In this document: positions 46,652 to 56,960 of the stretch, piece by piece | How the letters are laid out: each line of letters opens with the position of its first letter | Position numbering within the stretch: the first letter of the stretch is position 1 | Assembly: GCA_030765505.1 (NCBI GenBank) | Contig: JAVCCL010000004.1 | Span: 35,933 to 99,932, forward strand | Reading direction: 5' to 3' | From: Candidatus Kaelpia imicola | Lineage (GTDB): Bacteria; Omnitrophota; Gorgyraeia; Kaelpiales; Kaelpiaceae | DNA: 64,000 nucleotides | Translations under genes and position numbers: made by a program | Notes under the pieces: generated by a model | Databases searched by the model: none | What the model was told of the DNA's origin: nothing | What the model saw: the letters and a program-made list of their open reading frames with translations, nothing else

Positions 46652-47107
46652 ATGAAGTTTATACTCAGCCCTGAATTGGGAAGGTTGACCAAGTGGTTAA
46701 GGATTTTAAGTTATGACTCTTATTATTTTAAAGGCAGCAGCAGAGCTCTTATTCTGAAAGCTCTAAAAGAGGATAGAGTTGTTTTAACTTCTATAGTCTC
46801 TTTGGCTGATGAGCTCAAGGCAAAAGTCTTTATAATTAAATCTCAAGATTTAAGAACTCAACTTAAAGAACTTGAAGAGAGTTTTGGTTTAGAAATCGAT
46901 AGCAGTAATATGTTTTCACGCTGTATCAGGTGTAATTTAGAGTTAAAAGAATTAACCAGAGAACAAGCCGAAGAGAAGGTCCCCGTATCTATCTATCAAA
47001 GCAGGGTGAGTTTTTACAAATGTTCTAAATGCAAAAAAATATTCTGGACTGGCAGCCATTGGAAGTTGGCTAAGGAATATTTAGAGAGTATCAATGATAA
47101 TAGCTGA
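46652..47107 (+). CDS. Mut7-C RNase domain protein (PIN-like N-terminus plus Zn-ribbon)
   Basis: LGRLTKWLRILSYD N-terminal motif; C-terminal CIRCN...CSKCKKIFWTGSHW. Confidence 0.6.
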   Translation: MKFILSPELGRLTKWLRILSYDSYYFKGSSRALILKALKEDRVVLTSIVSLADELKAKVFIIKSQDLRTQLKELEESFGLEIDSSNMFSRCIRCNLELKELTREQAEEKVPVSIYQSRVSFYKCSKCKKIFWTGSHWKLAKEYLESINDNS

Positions 47108-48323
47108 TATACATATCCATTCTAAGTATAGCCGTGCAGCAAGCAAAAATATGGATCTGGATAATTTAAGTGAGTTTGCCAAGATTAAAGGAGTAGACCT
47201 CTTAGGTAGCGGCGACTTTACCCATTTCTTATGGCTGCAAGAGTTAAAGACGAAATTAAAAGAAGCTGGCTATGGAGTATATAAATATAAAGGAATTAAC
47301 TATATATTAACCGTTGAAGTGTCAAATATCTATTCTTATAAAGGGAGAGTTAGAAAGATTCATAATCTTATTATTGCGCCTGACTTTACCGCAGTTGATA
47401 AGATAAACAGAGAACTTGCTAAATATGGGAGTTTAACTGCGGATGGCAGGCCTACGCTAAGTTTGGATGTCAGGAGCCTTATGGAGATCGTTCTCTCTGC
47501 TAATAGCGACTGTTTTTTGATACCTTGTCATATCTGGACTCCATGGTTCGGCCTCTTTGGTGCCAATTCGGGTTTTGATTCTATAGAAGAGTGTTTTGGT
47601 CCTTACGTAAAAGATATCTATGCTTTGGAGACCGGTCTCTCAAGTGATCCAGCTATGAATTGGCGGATATCGGATTTAGATAGATATACCCTTGTATCTA
47701 ATTCCGATAGTCATTCTCCTTCAAAGATAGGGCGGGAAGCAAACGTTTTAAATATAAGTATGGATTATAGAGAACTTCTGGAGGCATTGAAAAACAGAGA
47801 CTCCGGAAAATTTGCCTATACAATAGAGTTTTATCCTCAGGAGGGGAAGTATCACTTGGATGGTCATAGAGGTTGCGGGCTTTCGTTTAGCCCTAAAGAG
47901 TCTATGCGTTTGAACAATATATGTCCCAAATGCAGCAAACCATTAACTATTGGGGTGATGCATAGAGTAGAGGAGCTTGCAGACAGGGAGGATGGATTTA
48001 TGCCTAAAGGGGCAGTTGGTTTCAAGAGCTTGGTACCGTTGGATGAGATTATCGCAGAGTTAAAAGGTGTTCAGAAAACAGCCAAGGCGGTAATAGTAGA
48101 ATATCATAGCTTGATTCAAAGCTATGGTCCGGAATTAAAAATATTAAGTGAGCTTGATGAGAAATTTCTAAAGAATAATCTGCCTGTAAAGATAGCCAAA
48201 AGTATTATAGCCGTTAGAGAGGGCAGGGTTAAGATTAAACCGGGTTTTGACGGTCTTTACGGTAATGTCAAAGTCTTTGATGATAAGAAAATGAAGAGCG
48301 AGAAGCAGTTAACCTTTTTTTAA
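47094..48323 (+). CDS. Endonuclease Q-like PHP-domain nuclease (TIGR00375 family)
   Basis: ADIHIHSKYSRAASKNM, GKYHLDGHRGC and Zn-finger CPKCSKPLTIGVMHRVEELAD align with my recollection of archaeal EndoQ motifs. Confidence 0.75.
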   Translation: MIIADIHIHSKYSRAASKNMDLDNLSEFAKIKGVDLLGSGDFTHFLWLQELKTKLKEAGYGVYKYKGINYILTVEVSNIYSYKGRVRKIHNLIIAPDFTAVDKINRELAKYGSLTADGRPTLSLDVRSLMEIVLSANSDCFLIPCHIWTPWFGLFGANSGFDSIEECFGPYVKDIYALETGLSSDPAMNWRISDLDRYTLVSNSDSHSPSKIGREANVLNISMDYRELLEALKNRDSGKFAYTIEFYPQEGKYHLDGHRGCGLSFSPKESMRLNNICPKCSKPLTIGVMHRVEELADREDGFMPKGAVGFKSLVPLDEIIAELKGVQKTAKAVIVEYHSLIQSYGPELKILSELDEKFLKNNLPVKIAKSIIAVREGRVKIKPGFDGLYGNVKVFDDKKMKSEKQLTFF

Positions 48324-48419
48324 AAATAACTCTTCTTGTTTTGTTTCTTTTTTTGTGATATAAAGACGAAACTTAATAAATGGTAGCTTGAAAGAGAATA
48401 TATAAGAAGGGAGTGAGGT

Positions 48420-49223
48420 ATGCCTGAGTTGCCGGAAGTTGAGACAATACGCAGAGAGTTAAGAAGCTTGATTCAGAAGAAAAAGATCACGGATTTTGAG
48501 GTTAGAGACAAGATCTTTCTTAAAAAGCCTAAAACAGTCTCTTCCTGGAAAAAGATACTCTCTTCCAAGATAAAGGATGTAGAGAGAAAGGGTAAGTTTC
48601 TGATCTTTAAACTTAGCAATGGGCTGAAGATAGTTGTGCACCTTAGAATGACAGGTCAGATAATATATGGCAATAATCATGATGCCAAAATTAAAATTGT
48701 ATTTTCAGATTTAAGTACCCTTAGTTATTATGATAGAAGAAGATTCGGTGAGTGGTTTTTGGTAAAAGATATAAAAGATGTGCCTCTGCTTGGAGCCATA
48801 GGTATTGATCCTACAAGTGAAGAGTTTACTCCTGAAGTTTTGAGTGAGATATTAAAAAATAAGAGTACTAAGGTCTACAATCTTCTTTTAGACCAAAAAG
48901 TTATATCTGGAATAGGCAATATATATGTAAATGAGATACTGTATCGCTCCAAAATAAGCCCTTTCAGAAAGACCAGGGATATTACCGAGCCTGAGATTAA
49001 AGAGCTCTGTTTCTCTATAAGAGATATACTTCTCAAAGCGCTTAAAGCCAGAGGTTCTTCAATAGATACCTATTTGGATATTTGGGGTAACCCGGGTAAA
49101 TATGCCTATCAGCATCTTGTTTACGGAAAAGATGGCCATTTTTGTGAACACTGTCCTAATAAGATTATGAAGAGCAAGATGAACTCTAGATCGATCTATT
49201 ATTGTCCGGGATGTCAACAGTAA
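48420..49223 (+). CDS. mutM: Formamidopyrimidine-DNA glycosylase
   Basis: MPELPEVE N-terminal catalytic Pro; C-terminal zinc finger CEHCPNK...YYCPGCQ. Confidence 0.9.
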   Translation: MPELPEVETIRRELRSLIQKKKITDFEVRDKIFLKKPKTVSSWKKILSSKIKDVERKGKFLIFKLSNGLKIVVHLRMTGQIIYGNNHDAKIKIVFSDLSTLSYYDRRRFGEWFLVKDIKDVPLLGAIGIDPTSEEFTPEVLSEILKNKSTKVYNLLLDQKVISGIGNIYVNEILYRSKISPFRKTRDITEPEIKELCFSIRDILLKALKARGSSIDTYLDIWGNPGKYAYQHLVYGKDGHFCEHCPNKIMKSKMNSRSIYYCPGCQQ

Positions 49224-49987
49224 CTAAAGATTTTAGAAAAGTAAAAATATTTTCTAATTCCGAGTTTTATCCCGGATATTTTCTACTCTCTTTTGAAACC
49301 CCGGAAGTTTTTTCTGTTAATCCGGGGCAGTTTCTTCAATTACGATTAGTAGAGAAGGGTCAGTTTTTGAGGAGACCTTTTGGAGTCTTTGACCAGAGAG
49401 ATAACCGTATTGAGATTCTTTACAAAGTAAGAGGGGATATAACTCAGAAGATGTCTTTACTTAAAACAGGAGATGAGCTGGATATTATATGTCCTCTAGG
49501 TAACGGGTTTAAAGAGCCGAACCGAAAGAGGCCGATTATTGTAAGCGGCGGTACAGGCTTTGCTCCGCTTGGTTTTCTTGCAAGGAGTCTCTCCTCTAAG
49601 GCTGAAGATAGAGGGATATTTATTATTGGAAGTGCAGGGGCTGAGAGTGAAAAATTTGCTGAATCTATAAGCTCTTTGGATATAGACTCTTTAGTTGTCT
49701 CTGAAGACGGCAGTGTAGGAAAGAGAGGAGTGGCGACCGATTATCTGGCTGGTATTATTAAGCCTGGTTCTGTTCTGTTTTCGGCTGGCCCCGTTGAGAT
49801 GTTGAAAAATATTTATAAAATAGCTGAAGATAAAGAGATTGAGACTCAATTTTCTTTTGAATCTCACTTTGCCTGCGGTATGGGTTTCTGTTGGGGCTGC
49901 GCTTTAAAGACCAGGAATGGAACTTTAAGAGTATGTAAGGATGGTCCTGTTTTTAAAGGAGAAGATATTCTATGGGAAGAGTTATGA
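49202..49987 (+). CDS. pyrK: Dihydroorotate dehydrogenase electron-transfer subunit
   Basis: FAD/NAD ferredoxin-reductase fold; 2Fe-2S cysteines CGMGFCWGC...C. Confidence 0.85.
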   Translation: MSGMSTVTKDFRKVKIFSNSEFYPGYFLLSFETPEVFSVNPGQFLQLRLVEKGQFLRRPFGVFDQRDNRIEILYKVRGDITQKMSLLKTGDELDIICPLGNGFKEPNRKRPIIVSGGTGFAPLGFLARSLSSKAEDRGIFIIGSAGAESEKFAESISSLDIDSLVVSEDGSVGKRGVATDYLAGIIKPGSVLFSAGPVEMLKNIYKIAEDKEIETQFSFESHFACGMGFCWGCALKTRNGTLRVCKDGPVFKGEDILWEEL

Positions 49988-50904
49988 TTCCGGTTGAGAT
50001 TGCTTCTTTAAAACTAAGAAGTCCTGTTGTCCTCTCTTCAGGTTGTGTGGAGTATAGCCCCTCTGTGAGTGATATCGTTCCGTTTAGTAAGATCGGTGCC
50101 ATTATAACAAAGACAGTTACTCTTAGAGAATGTCCCGGCAATCCTATGCCCAGAACATCCGAGGTAGATTTTGGGTTAATAAATTCTATAGGTTTGCAAA
50201 ATAAAGGTCTGGATGATTATCTTGGTAGGATTTTACCGCAAATAAGAGAATCGCTTGATTGCCGAATCATTACCAGCATATCTGGTTTTACAATTGAAGA
50301 GTTTGCTAATATTGCTGCTGCTGTAGATAAAGAGGATGCGGTCTCTGCTATTGAGGTTAATATATCCTGTCCAAACCTTGAAAAAGATAGCGAGGGCGGG
50401 TCGGCTATCTTTGCCCAGGATGAACATATGAGTTATGGTGTTATAAAGGCTGTCAGGGAGTCATCGTCTAAACCTGTAATAGCTAAGCTCTCTCCCGATG
50501 TTACAGATATACGTTCTGTTGCTCAGGCTGTCTCTGATGCCGGAGCTGATGCAATAACCGTTGCGAATACCTATTCAGCTATGGCTATAGATATATATAC
50601 GAGAAAACCGAAAATAGCTAAGGTATCAGGGGGATTGAGCGGCCCTGCTATTAGACCCCTGACATTAAAGAGGGTCTGGGATGTATATAATACCGTAGAT
50701 CTGCCAATCATTGCCTCCGGCGGTATCATGGATTATAAGGACGGTTTGGAGTATATTATTGCGGGTGCGGCCCTTTTAAGTATAGGTACTGCTAATTTCA
50801 TAAACCCCGGCGTTGCGGAAGAGGTAGCCGAAGGTATAGAGAGTTATCTTAGAGAGAGAGGGATAGAGTATAAAGATTTAATTGGGAGTCTTAAAATTGG
50901 ATAA
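49972..50904 (+). CDS. pyrD: Dihydroorotate dehydrogenase (class 1B catalytic subunit)
   Basis: TIM-barrel DHODH; SNTY-like TVANTY; GGI. Confidence 0.9.
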   Translation: MGRVMIPVEIASLKLRSPVVLSSGCVEYSPSVSDIVPFSKIGAIITKTVTLRECPGNPMPRTSEVDFGLINSIGLQNKGLDDYLGRILPQIRESLDCRIITSISGFTIEEFANIAAAVDKEDAVSAIEVNISCPNLEKDSEGGSAIFAQDEHMSYGVIKAVRESSSKPVIAKLSPDVTDIRSVAQAVSDAGADAITVANTYSAMAIDIYTRKPKIAKVSGGLSGPAIRPLTLKRVWDVYNTVDLPIIASGGIMDYKDGLEYIIAGAALLSIGTANFINPGVAEEVAEGIESYLRERGIEYKDLIGSLKIG

Positions 50905-51592
50905 GAGAAAAAAGATAATAATTGCGCTTGACGTAGATAGCATCGATGATTTGCGTTACTATCTTGATATGTTAGCCCCCTATGTGAAAACTTTTAAAAT
51001 AGGACCTCGCCTCTTTATTCCTTATGGTAGAGAGGTGGTAGACCTTATAAAGGGCTATGGTTCAGATGTCTTTTTAGACCTTAAGCTGCATGATATTCCT
51101 ACTCAGGTTGCAGAGAGCGTGAAAAAGATTGGAGATTTGGGAGTTAAGATGTTTACAGTTCATGCTTTTGGCGGTAAGGTTATGATAGAAAATTCAAGAG
51201 AGGCTCTAGATAGTTTTGATGAAAAAGAGAGACCGTTGATGCTTGCAGTAACCCTTCTTACCAGCATTGACGAAAATGACTTGCATTTTTTAGGTTTTAA
51301 AAATAAAATTAATAACATGGTTTATAAACTTGCTGAATTAGCTTTAACTTCCGGAGCTGATGGTGTTGTCTCTTCCGCGGCAGAGGTCAGAAGGTTAAAA
51401 GAAGGGATAAGCCGGAGCTTTATATCAGTTGTTCCGGGTATAAAGATAGGCGTTGCGAATAGAGACCAGAAGAGGAGCGGTTCGCCGCAAGAGGCATTTG
51501 ACAATGGAGCCGATTATATTGTTATCGGCAGATCTATACTTAATGCAGATAATCCTGTAAAGATAGTTAAGGAGGTATTAGATGAACGATAA
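50882..51592 (+). CDS. pyrF: Orotidine 5'-phosphate decarboxylase
   Basis: ALDVD...DLKLHDIPTQV catalytic Lys motif. Confidence 0.9.
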   Translation: MGVLKLDKRKKIIIALDVDSIDDLRYYLDMLAPYVKTFKIGPRLFIPYGREVVDLIKGYGSDVFLDLKLHDIPTQVAESVKKIGDLGVKMFTVHAFGGKVMIENSREALDSFDEKERPLMLAVTLLTSIDENDLHFLGFKNKINNMVYKLAELALTSGADGVVSSAAEVRRLKEGISRSFISVVPGIKIGVANRDQKRSGSPQEAFDNGADYIVIGRSILNADNPVKIVKEVLDER

Positions 51593-52163
51593 AGAACTTA
51601 TGGGAATTTTAAATGAGACAGGGGCTATTCAAGGTGGACACTTCTTATTATCCAGCGGTTTACATTCGGAGCAGTATATCCAGCTGGCTCGTATTTTTCA
51701 ATATCCTAAACATACTTCACGTATAGCCAATGCATTAGTAGAAGATTTTAGGTTCGAAAGACCTGCCGTTATAATTGGCATTGCACATGGGGGTACTATT
51801 TTGGCTTATGAAGTTGCAAGAGCTATAGGTGCAAGGGCAATGTTTGCAGAGCGCTTTAAAGGAGAACTCTGTTTGAAGAGGGGTTTTGAGATTAAAAATA
51901 GGGAGAGAGTTTTGATAGTTGAAGATGTGCTTACAACAGGGAAATCAGTTTTGGAATTAAAATCGCTGCTTAAGAATTTTCAGCCGCTGATTGTAGGAGT
52001 CGCTTCTGTTATAGACCGTTTTGATGGAGAGTTTAAGATAAGAAATAAATATTCATCTCTTATGAAATATGCCCTCCCGGTGTACTCTAAAGAGGAGTGC
52101 CCTCTATGTAAAAAGGATATACCGCTGCTTAAACCCGGGAGCAGGGAGATTGTGAACGCATAA
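51582..52163 (+). CDS. pyrE: Orotate phosphoribosyltransferase
   Basis: PRPP-binding VLIVEDVLTTGKS. Confidence 0.85.
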   Translation: MNDKELMGILNETGAIQGGHFLLSSGLHSEQYIQLARIFQYPKHTSRIANALVEDFRFERPAVIIGIAHGGTILAYEVARAIGARAMFAERFKGELCLKRGFEIKNRERVLIVEDVLTTGKSVLELKSLLKNFQPLIVGVASVIDRFDGEFKIRNKYSSLMKYALPVYSKEECPLCKKDIPLLKPGSREIVNA

Positions 52164-52216
52164 TCGTTCTTACTTCTGCTATAATTTAGAAGCAAAAAAA
52201 TGACCGGAGGATTAAT

Positions 52217-52828
52217 ATGGAAGTTAGATTAGATGGACTAATTGAAAAGATAAAAAAAGAGGGTGTTCAAGAAGCTAAAAACGAAGCCGGTAAAATTGTA
52301 GCCAAAGCCGAAGAAGAGGCTGTCCGCATCTTGCAAGAAGCAAAGTCTAAATCCGAGGTTGTTATTCAAGATTCAAAATCTCAGTCTGATAAATATAAAG
52401 ATGCAGCTAAAATCGCAATAGAACAAGCAGCGAGAGATTCAATTATAAGCTTAAGAGAGAAGATAGTAGCTGTATTTGACGATCTCTTAAAGAGAGATGT
52501 TTCAAATTCCCTTAGTCCTCAGGCAGTTAAGGATATGATTACCCGGATTTTATCTAATTGGAAGCCGGGGAAAGATGACTCTATTGAGATTTTAACTTCA
52601 AAAAGAGATAGGGACTCTTTAAGAGATTTGCTGATTGATGAATTTAAGGAGAAAATAGCAGCTGGTTTTGAGGTTAAGATTCACCCGGGGTTAAAGAAGG
52701 GTTTTAGAATCGGGATAAGAGGCGAAGATATGCATTATGATTTTTCAGATCAGGGTATAGCTGATACTATTGCTCTCTTTCTCAATGAAGAGATAAGAGA
52801 GATAGTGAATAAAAGTTTAAATGGATAG
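52217..52828 (+). CDS. atpE: V-type ATPase subunit E
   Basis: Long charged coiled-coil N-terminus; position at the head of the V-ATPase operon. Confidence 0.7.
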   Translation: MEVRLDGLIEKIKKEGVQEAKNEAGKIVAKAEEEAVRILQEAKSKSEVVIQDSKSQSDKYKDAAKIAIEQAARDSIISLREKIVAVFDDLLKRDVSNSLSPQAVKDMITRILSNWKPGKDDSIEILTSKRDRDSLRDLLIDEFKEKIAAGFEVKIHPGLKKGFRIGIRGEDMHYDFSDQGIADTIALFLNEEIREIVNKSLNG

Positions 52829-53330
52829 GTACTATTATCTGATATCCCAGCTTCCTCTATTGGATTTTGATGGTAAGAATTATATCAGCAGTGACTACTT
52901 TTTAGAGCAGGCAGCCAAGTGGTTGAGCCCTGCAGATTTCAAGGTTTTAAAAAAAGCGAATATAGATGATATCTATGTTAGCGATAGCGATAAAGGTATC
53001 GTAAGAGAGTATAAGAGTTTTGAATACAATTTAAGAGATAATATTGTTAAATTCAGGGAAGGCAGTTTAGAATCTATAGTTGATGAAAACTTGAAAGCGG
53101 TTTTAGTTAATACAGATCCTCTTAAAATTGAGCTGGAGATATTCTATCTGAGGTGGAGTTTCATTGACCAAATTGGATCATATCATCATTTTGATTTAGA
53201 GAGTACAGTGGTTTACTTCTATAAGCTTCAGATTTTAGATAAGATTTCCCAGTTTGATAAAGAGAGAGGGAAAAAGTTATTTAACAGCAGTTCAAACATT
53301 AGTTACGAGGCGGTAGTCTATGAAAGTTAA
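52821..53330 (+). CDS. Hypothetical protein in the V-ATPase operon (DUF2764-like, as in chlamydial E-x-A-B-D-I-K operons)
   Basis: 169 aa; positional equivalence with the hypothetical gene between atpE and atpA in Chlamydia-type V-ATPase operons. Confidence 0.4.
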   Translation: MDRYYYLISQLPLLDFDGKNYISSDYFLEQAAKWLSPADFKVLKKANIDDIYVSDSDKGIVREYKSFEYNLRDNIVKFREGSLESIVDENLKAVLVNTDPLKIELEIFYLRWSFIDQIGSYHHFDLESTVVYFYKLQILDKISQFDKERGKKLFNSSSNISYEAVVYES

Positions 53331-55080
53331 TAGAGGCAGCATTCTATCTATAAGCGGGAACATGATAACTGTAAAACCGCAAAGTCATATCATGCAGAAT
53401 GAGTTGGGCTATGTTTTAAAAGGAGAGCAGCGTCTTAAAGCCGAGGTTATTAAGATCAGAGGAGAGGCAGCGTATATGCAGGTTTTTGAGGATACCAAAG
53501 GTCTTAGAGTAGGAGATGAGGTTGAATTCAGCAATCAGCTTCTTTCGGTTGAACTTGGACCGGGTCTTCTGGGCAGTATATACGACGGTTTGCAGAATCC
53601 TTTAAATATTCTTGCTGATGAGTATGGATTTTTTTTACCTCGAGGAGTCGATATAGCAGCTTTGGATCTTAAAAAGAGATGGCATTTTACCCCTCTTGCT
53701 AAGGAAGGAGATCTATTGTTGGCCGGAAACTATATTGGTTATGTAGAAGAAGAGATTTTTAAGCATTATATAATGGTGCCTTTTGATCTTAGCGGAGAGC
53801 ATCTTCTTGAGAGTCTGAAGCCTGAGGGTAATTACAGTGTTAAAGATACTATAGCTACGGTAAAAGACAGATCAGGCAATAGTGTTGATATCACCATGTC
53901 TTTTCGCTGGCCTATAAGAGTGCCTATTACTTCATACAGGAAGAGGCTTCAGGCTATTGAGCCGTTAACTACGCGTATTAGGATAATTGATACTTTCTTT
54001 CCTGTGGCTAAGGGGGGGACTTATTGTATTCCCGGTCCTTTTGGGGCTGGGAAAACAGTATTGCAGCAGTTGACTTCAAGATATGCTGAGGTTGATATTG
54101 TAATTATTGCTGCCTGCGGTGAGAGGGCAGGTGAGGTCGTTGAGACGTTAAGAGAGTTTCCAAAACTTAAAGATGATAGGACTGGTAAGTCTCTGATGGC
54201 GAGGACAATAATCATCTGTAATACCTCTTCTATGCCTGTTGCTGCCAGAGATGCTTCGGTATATACTGCGGCAACTCTCGGGGAATACTATAGACAGATG
54301 GGTTTGGATGTACTGCTTCTGGCTGACTCTACTTCACGTTGGGCTCAGGCGATGAGAGAGGTTTCAGGCAGGCTGGAGGAGATCCCGGGCGAAGAGGCTT
54401 TTCCGGCTTATTTGGAATCGCGTATAGCTGCTTTCTATGAAAGGTCTGGCGTGGTTGAACTTTTAAACGGAGAGAGCGGGTCTCTTACAATAGGAGGAAC
54501 AGTATCCCCGGCTGGCGGTAATTTCGAAGAACCTGTTACCCAATCAACATTAAAGGTTGTCGGAGCTTTCCATGGCTTATCCCGCGAGAGGTCTGATGCC
54601 AGAAAGTACCCTTCTATATCCCCTCTGGAGAGTTGGTCCAAATATAGGAGCTTTATTGTAGAGGATATAGTAGCTTATGCCAAAGAAGTGATATTTAAAG
54701 GCGATGAGGTTTTTCAGATGATGAAGGTTGTTGGCGAAGAAGGTGTGGCAGATGAGGACTTCTTAATATATCTGAAATCCGAGTTTTTAGATTATGTCTA
54801 TTTACAGCAGAATGGTTATGATAGAGTGGATGCTGCTACGCCTCTAGAGCGCCAGGATTATGTTTTTTCAAAGGCTGACTATATCCTTAGATCTAAAGTT
54901 AATTTAGAAACAAAAGATGAATTAAGAGCTATCTTTTTTAAATTACGTCAGATGTTTCTGGACTGGAATTATACCAAGTGGAATTCTTCGGAATTCAAAA
55001 GCAAAGAAAAAGAGATAGATGAATTTATTAAAAGAGAGGTTTTAAAGAAAGATGAAGAAGCTGTACAGCAAGATAGATAG
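53320..55080 (+). CDS. atpA: V-type ATPase catalytic subunit A
   Basis: Walker [10 protein letters not shown]; 586 aa. Confidence 0.95.
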   Translation: MKVNRGSILSISGNMITVKPQSHIMQNELGYVLKGEQRLKAEVIKIRGEAAYMQVFEDTKGLRVGDEVEFSNQLLSVELGPGLLGSIYDGLQNPLNILADEYGFFLPRGVDIAALDLKKRWHFTPLAKEGDLLLAGNYIGYVEEEIFKHYIMVPFDLSGEHLLESLKPEGNYSVKDTIATVKDRSGNSVDITMSFRWPIRVPITSYRKRLQAIEPLTTRIRIIDTFFPVAKGGTYCIPGPFGAGKTVLQQLTSRYAEVDIVIIAACGERAGEVVETLREFPKLKDDRTGKSLMARTIIICNTSSMPVAARDASVYTAATLGEYYRQMGLDVLLLADSTSRWAQAMREVSGRLEEIPGEEAFPAYLESRIAAFYERSGVVELLNGESGSLTIGGTVSPAGGNFEEPVTQSTLKVVGAFHGLSRERSDARKYPSISPLESWSKYRSFIVEDIVAYAKEVIFKGDEVFQMMKVVGEEGVADEDFLIYLKSEFLDYVYLQQNGYDRVDAATPLERQDYVFSKADYILRSKVNLETKDELRAIFFKLRQMFLDWNYTKWNSSEFKSKEKEIDEFIKREVLKKDEEAVQQDR

Positions 55081-56344
55081 TATTGTAGGAGATGTTATCA
55101 CTGTAAAAGCTAAAGGTATTAGTTATCATGAGCTGGCCGAGGTGAACACTAAAAAGGGAAAGTCTTTTGCTCAGGTTATAAGTTTAGATAGAGAGAATGT
55201 CTCTCTTCAGGTTTTTTCGGGAAGCCGAGGCATATCTACTGCTGATGAAGTTAGTTTTCTATCTCATCCTATGCAGGTTCCTTTTTCGGAGGATATGCTT
55301 GGAAGAGTCTTTGACGGCAGCTGCAGGCCAAAGGATGGAGGGCCTGCTATAATCGGAAACAATATTGAGATAGGCGGTTCTACAGTCAATCCTGCAAAGA
55401 GGAAGATACCAGACCGCATGATAAGAACCAATATACCTATGATAGATATTTTTAATTCTCTAGTTGTTTCTCAGAAGCTTCCTATATTTTCAGTCTCTGG
55501 CGAACCTTACAATGAGCTTTTAGCTCGAATTGCAATACAGGCTCAGGTTGATATAATCATTTTAGGCGGTATAGGTCTGAAGTTCGATCAGTATATGTTT
55601 TTTAAGAATAGACTGCAGAGTAGCGGTGCTTTAAGCAGGTCAATATTTTTCGTGCATACCGCTTCTGAACCAGTAGTAGAGAGCATTATGATACCGGATA
55701 TATCTTTGGCTGTAGCTGAGAAGTTTGCTTTATCGGGTAAGGATGTGCTGGTTCTACTTACAGATATGACTAACTTTGCCGATGCGCTTAAAGAGATTGC
55801 CATTACTATGGAGCAGGTTCCTTCAAATAGAGGTTATCCTGGAGATCTCTATAGTCAATTAGCAGCCAGATATGAGAAGGCTGTGGATTTTGAAGATAGC
55901 GGTTCTATTACAATACTTGCAGTTACAACCATGCCGGGTGATGATGTTACCCACCCGGTTCCGGATAATACAGGTTATATTACCGAGGGCCAGTTCTATC
56001 TTCGTAATGGCAGAATAGAACCCTTCGGCTCTTTAAGCCGGCTGAAGCAGCAGGTCAATGATAAAACTCGTGTTGATCACAGGGCTATTATGAATGGCAT
56101 GATACAACTATATGCTGATTATAAGGAGACAGAAGAAAAAAGAGACATGGGTTTTAAGATGAGTGTTTGGGATCAAAAACTTCTTAAGTATGGAGCTGTC
56201 TTTGAAAAGGAGCTGATGGATCTATCTGTGAATATACCTTTGGAGACTGCCCTGGATAAAGGATGGCAGATTCTCTCGGGATGTTTCCAGCCTGAAGAGG
56301 TTCCATTTCGGACTGAATTGATCAAAGAGTTTTGGCGAGGCTGA
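55052..56344 (+). CDS. atpB: V-type ATPase subunit B
   Basis: Non-catalytic alpha/beta fold; 430 aa. Confidence 0.9.
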   Translation: MKKLYSKIDSIVGDVITVKAKGISYHELAEVNTKKGKSFAQVISLDRENVSLQVFSGSRGISTADEVSFLSHPMQVPFSEDMLGRVFDGSCRPKDGGPAIIGNNIEIGGSTVNPAKRKIPDRMIRTNIPMIDIFNSLVVSQKLPIFSVSGEPYNELLARIAIQAQVDIIILGGIGLKFDQYMFFKNRLQSSGALSRSIFFVHTASEPVVESIMIPDISLAVAEKFALSGKDVLVLLTDMTNFADALKEIAITMEQVPSNRGYPGDLYSQLAARYEKAVDFEDSGSITILAVTTMPGDDVTHPVPDNTGYITEGQFYLRNGRIEPFGSLSRLKQQVNDKTRVDHRAIMNGMIQLYADYKETEEKRDMGFKMSVWDQKLLKYGAVFEKELMDLSVNIPLETALDKGWQILSGCFQPEEVPFRTELIKEFWRG

Positions 56345-56958
56345 TTGTGGGAAAGTTAAGATTGACGAAGAACGAATTAAAGAAACAGAAAGAGACGCTT
56401 AAACGTTTCAACAAATATCTTCCCATGCTGCAGCTTAAGAAGCAGCAACTACAGCTTGAGGTAATTAAAAACCATCAGGATTTAAATAGGATTAAAGAAG
56501 ATATAGAGTCTTTTTTAAGATCGATAGATGTTTGGATAGATGTTTTCGGGGAAGATGTTGGGATTGAGAATCTATTTAAAGTCGATAGAATAATTGTAAC
56601 CGCAAGCAATATAGCCGGCATGGATATTCCGATTTTTGAGAATATAAAGTTCAAGGAACGCAGCTACGATCTATATCTAACGCCTCTTTGGGTAGATAGA
56701 GCTATAGAGGTTTTAAGAGGCCTTCTCACTTTAAAGGCAAAGAGCTTGGTCTTAGAAAGGGCGAGAGAGGTTTTAAAAGAGGAGCTTAGAATTACAACTC
56801 AGCGTGTCAATCTTTTTGAGAAGATCAAGATTCCTGAAGCAACAAAAAACATAAAGAAAATAAATATCTTTTTGGGCGATCTGTCTACATCTGAAGTTGT
56901 AAGAGGTAAGATTGCAAAATCTAAATTGAGAATCAGAGACGATAGAATAGAGGTTTAA
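56332..56958 (+). CDS. atpD: V-type ATPase subunit D
   Basis: 208 aa coiled-coil; conserved position. Confidence 0.8.
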   Translation: MARLIVGKLRLTKNELKKQKETLKRFNKYLPMLQLKKQQLQLEVIKNHQDLNRIKEDIESFLRSIDVWIDVFGEDVGIENLFKVDRIIVTASNIAGMDIPIFENIKFKERSYDLYLTPLWVDRAIEVLRGLLTLKAKSLVLERAREVLKEELRITTQRVNLFEKIKIPEATKNIKKINIFLGDLSTSEVVRGKIAKSKLRIRDDRIEV

Positions 56959-56960
56959 GA

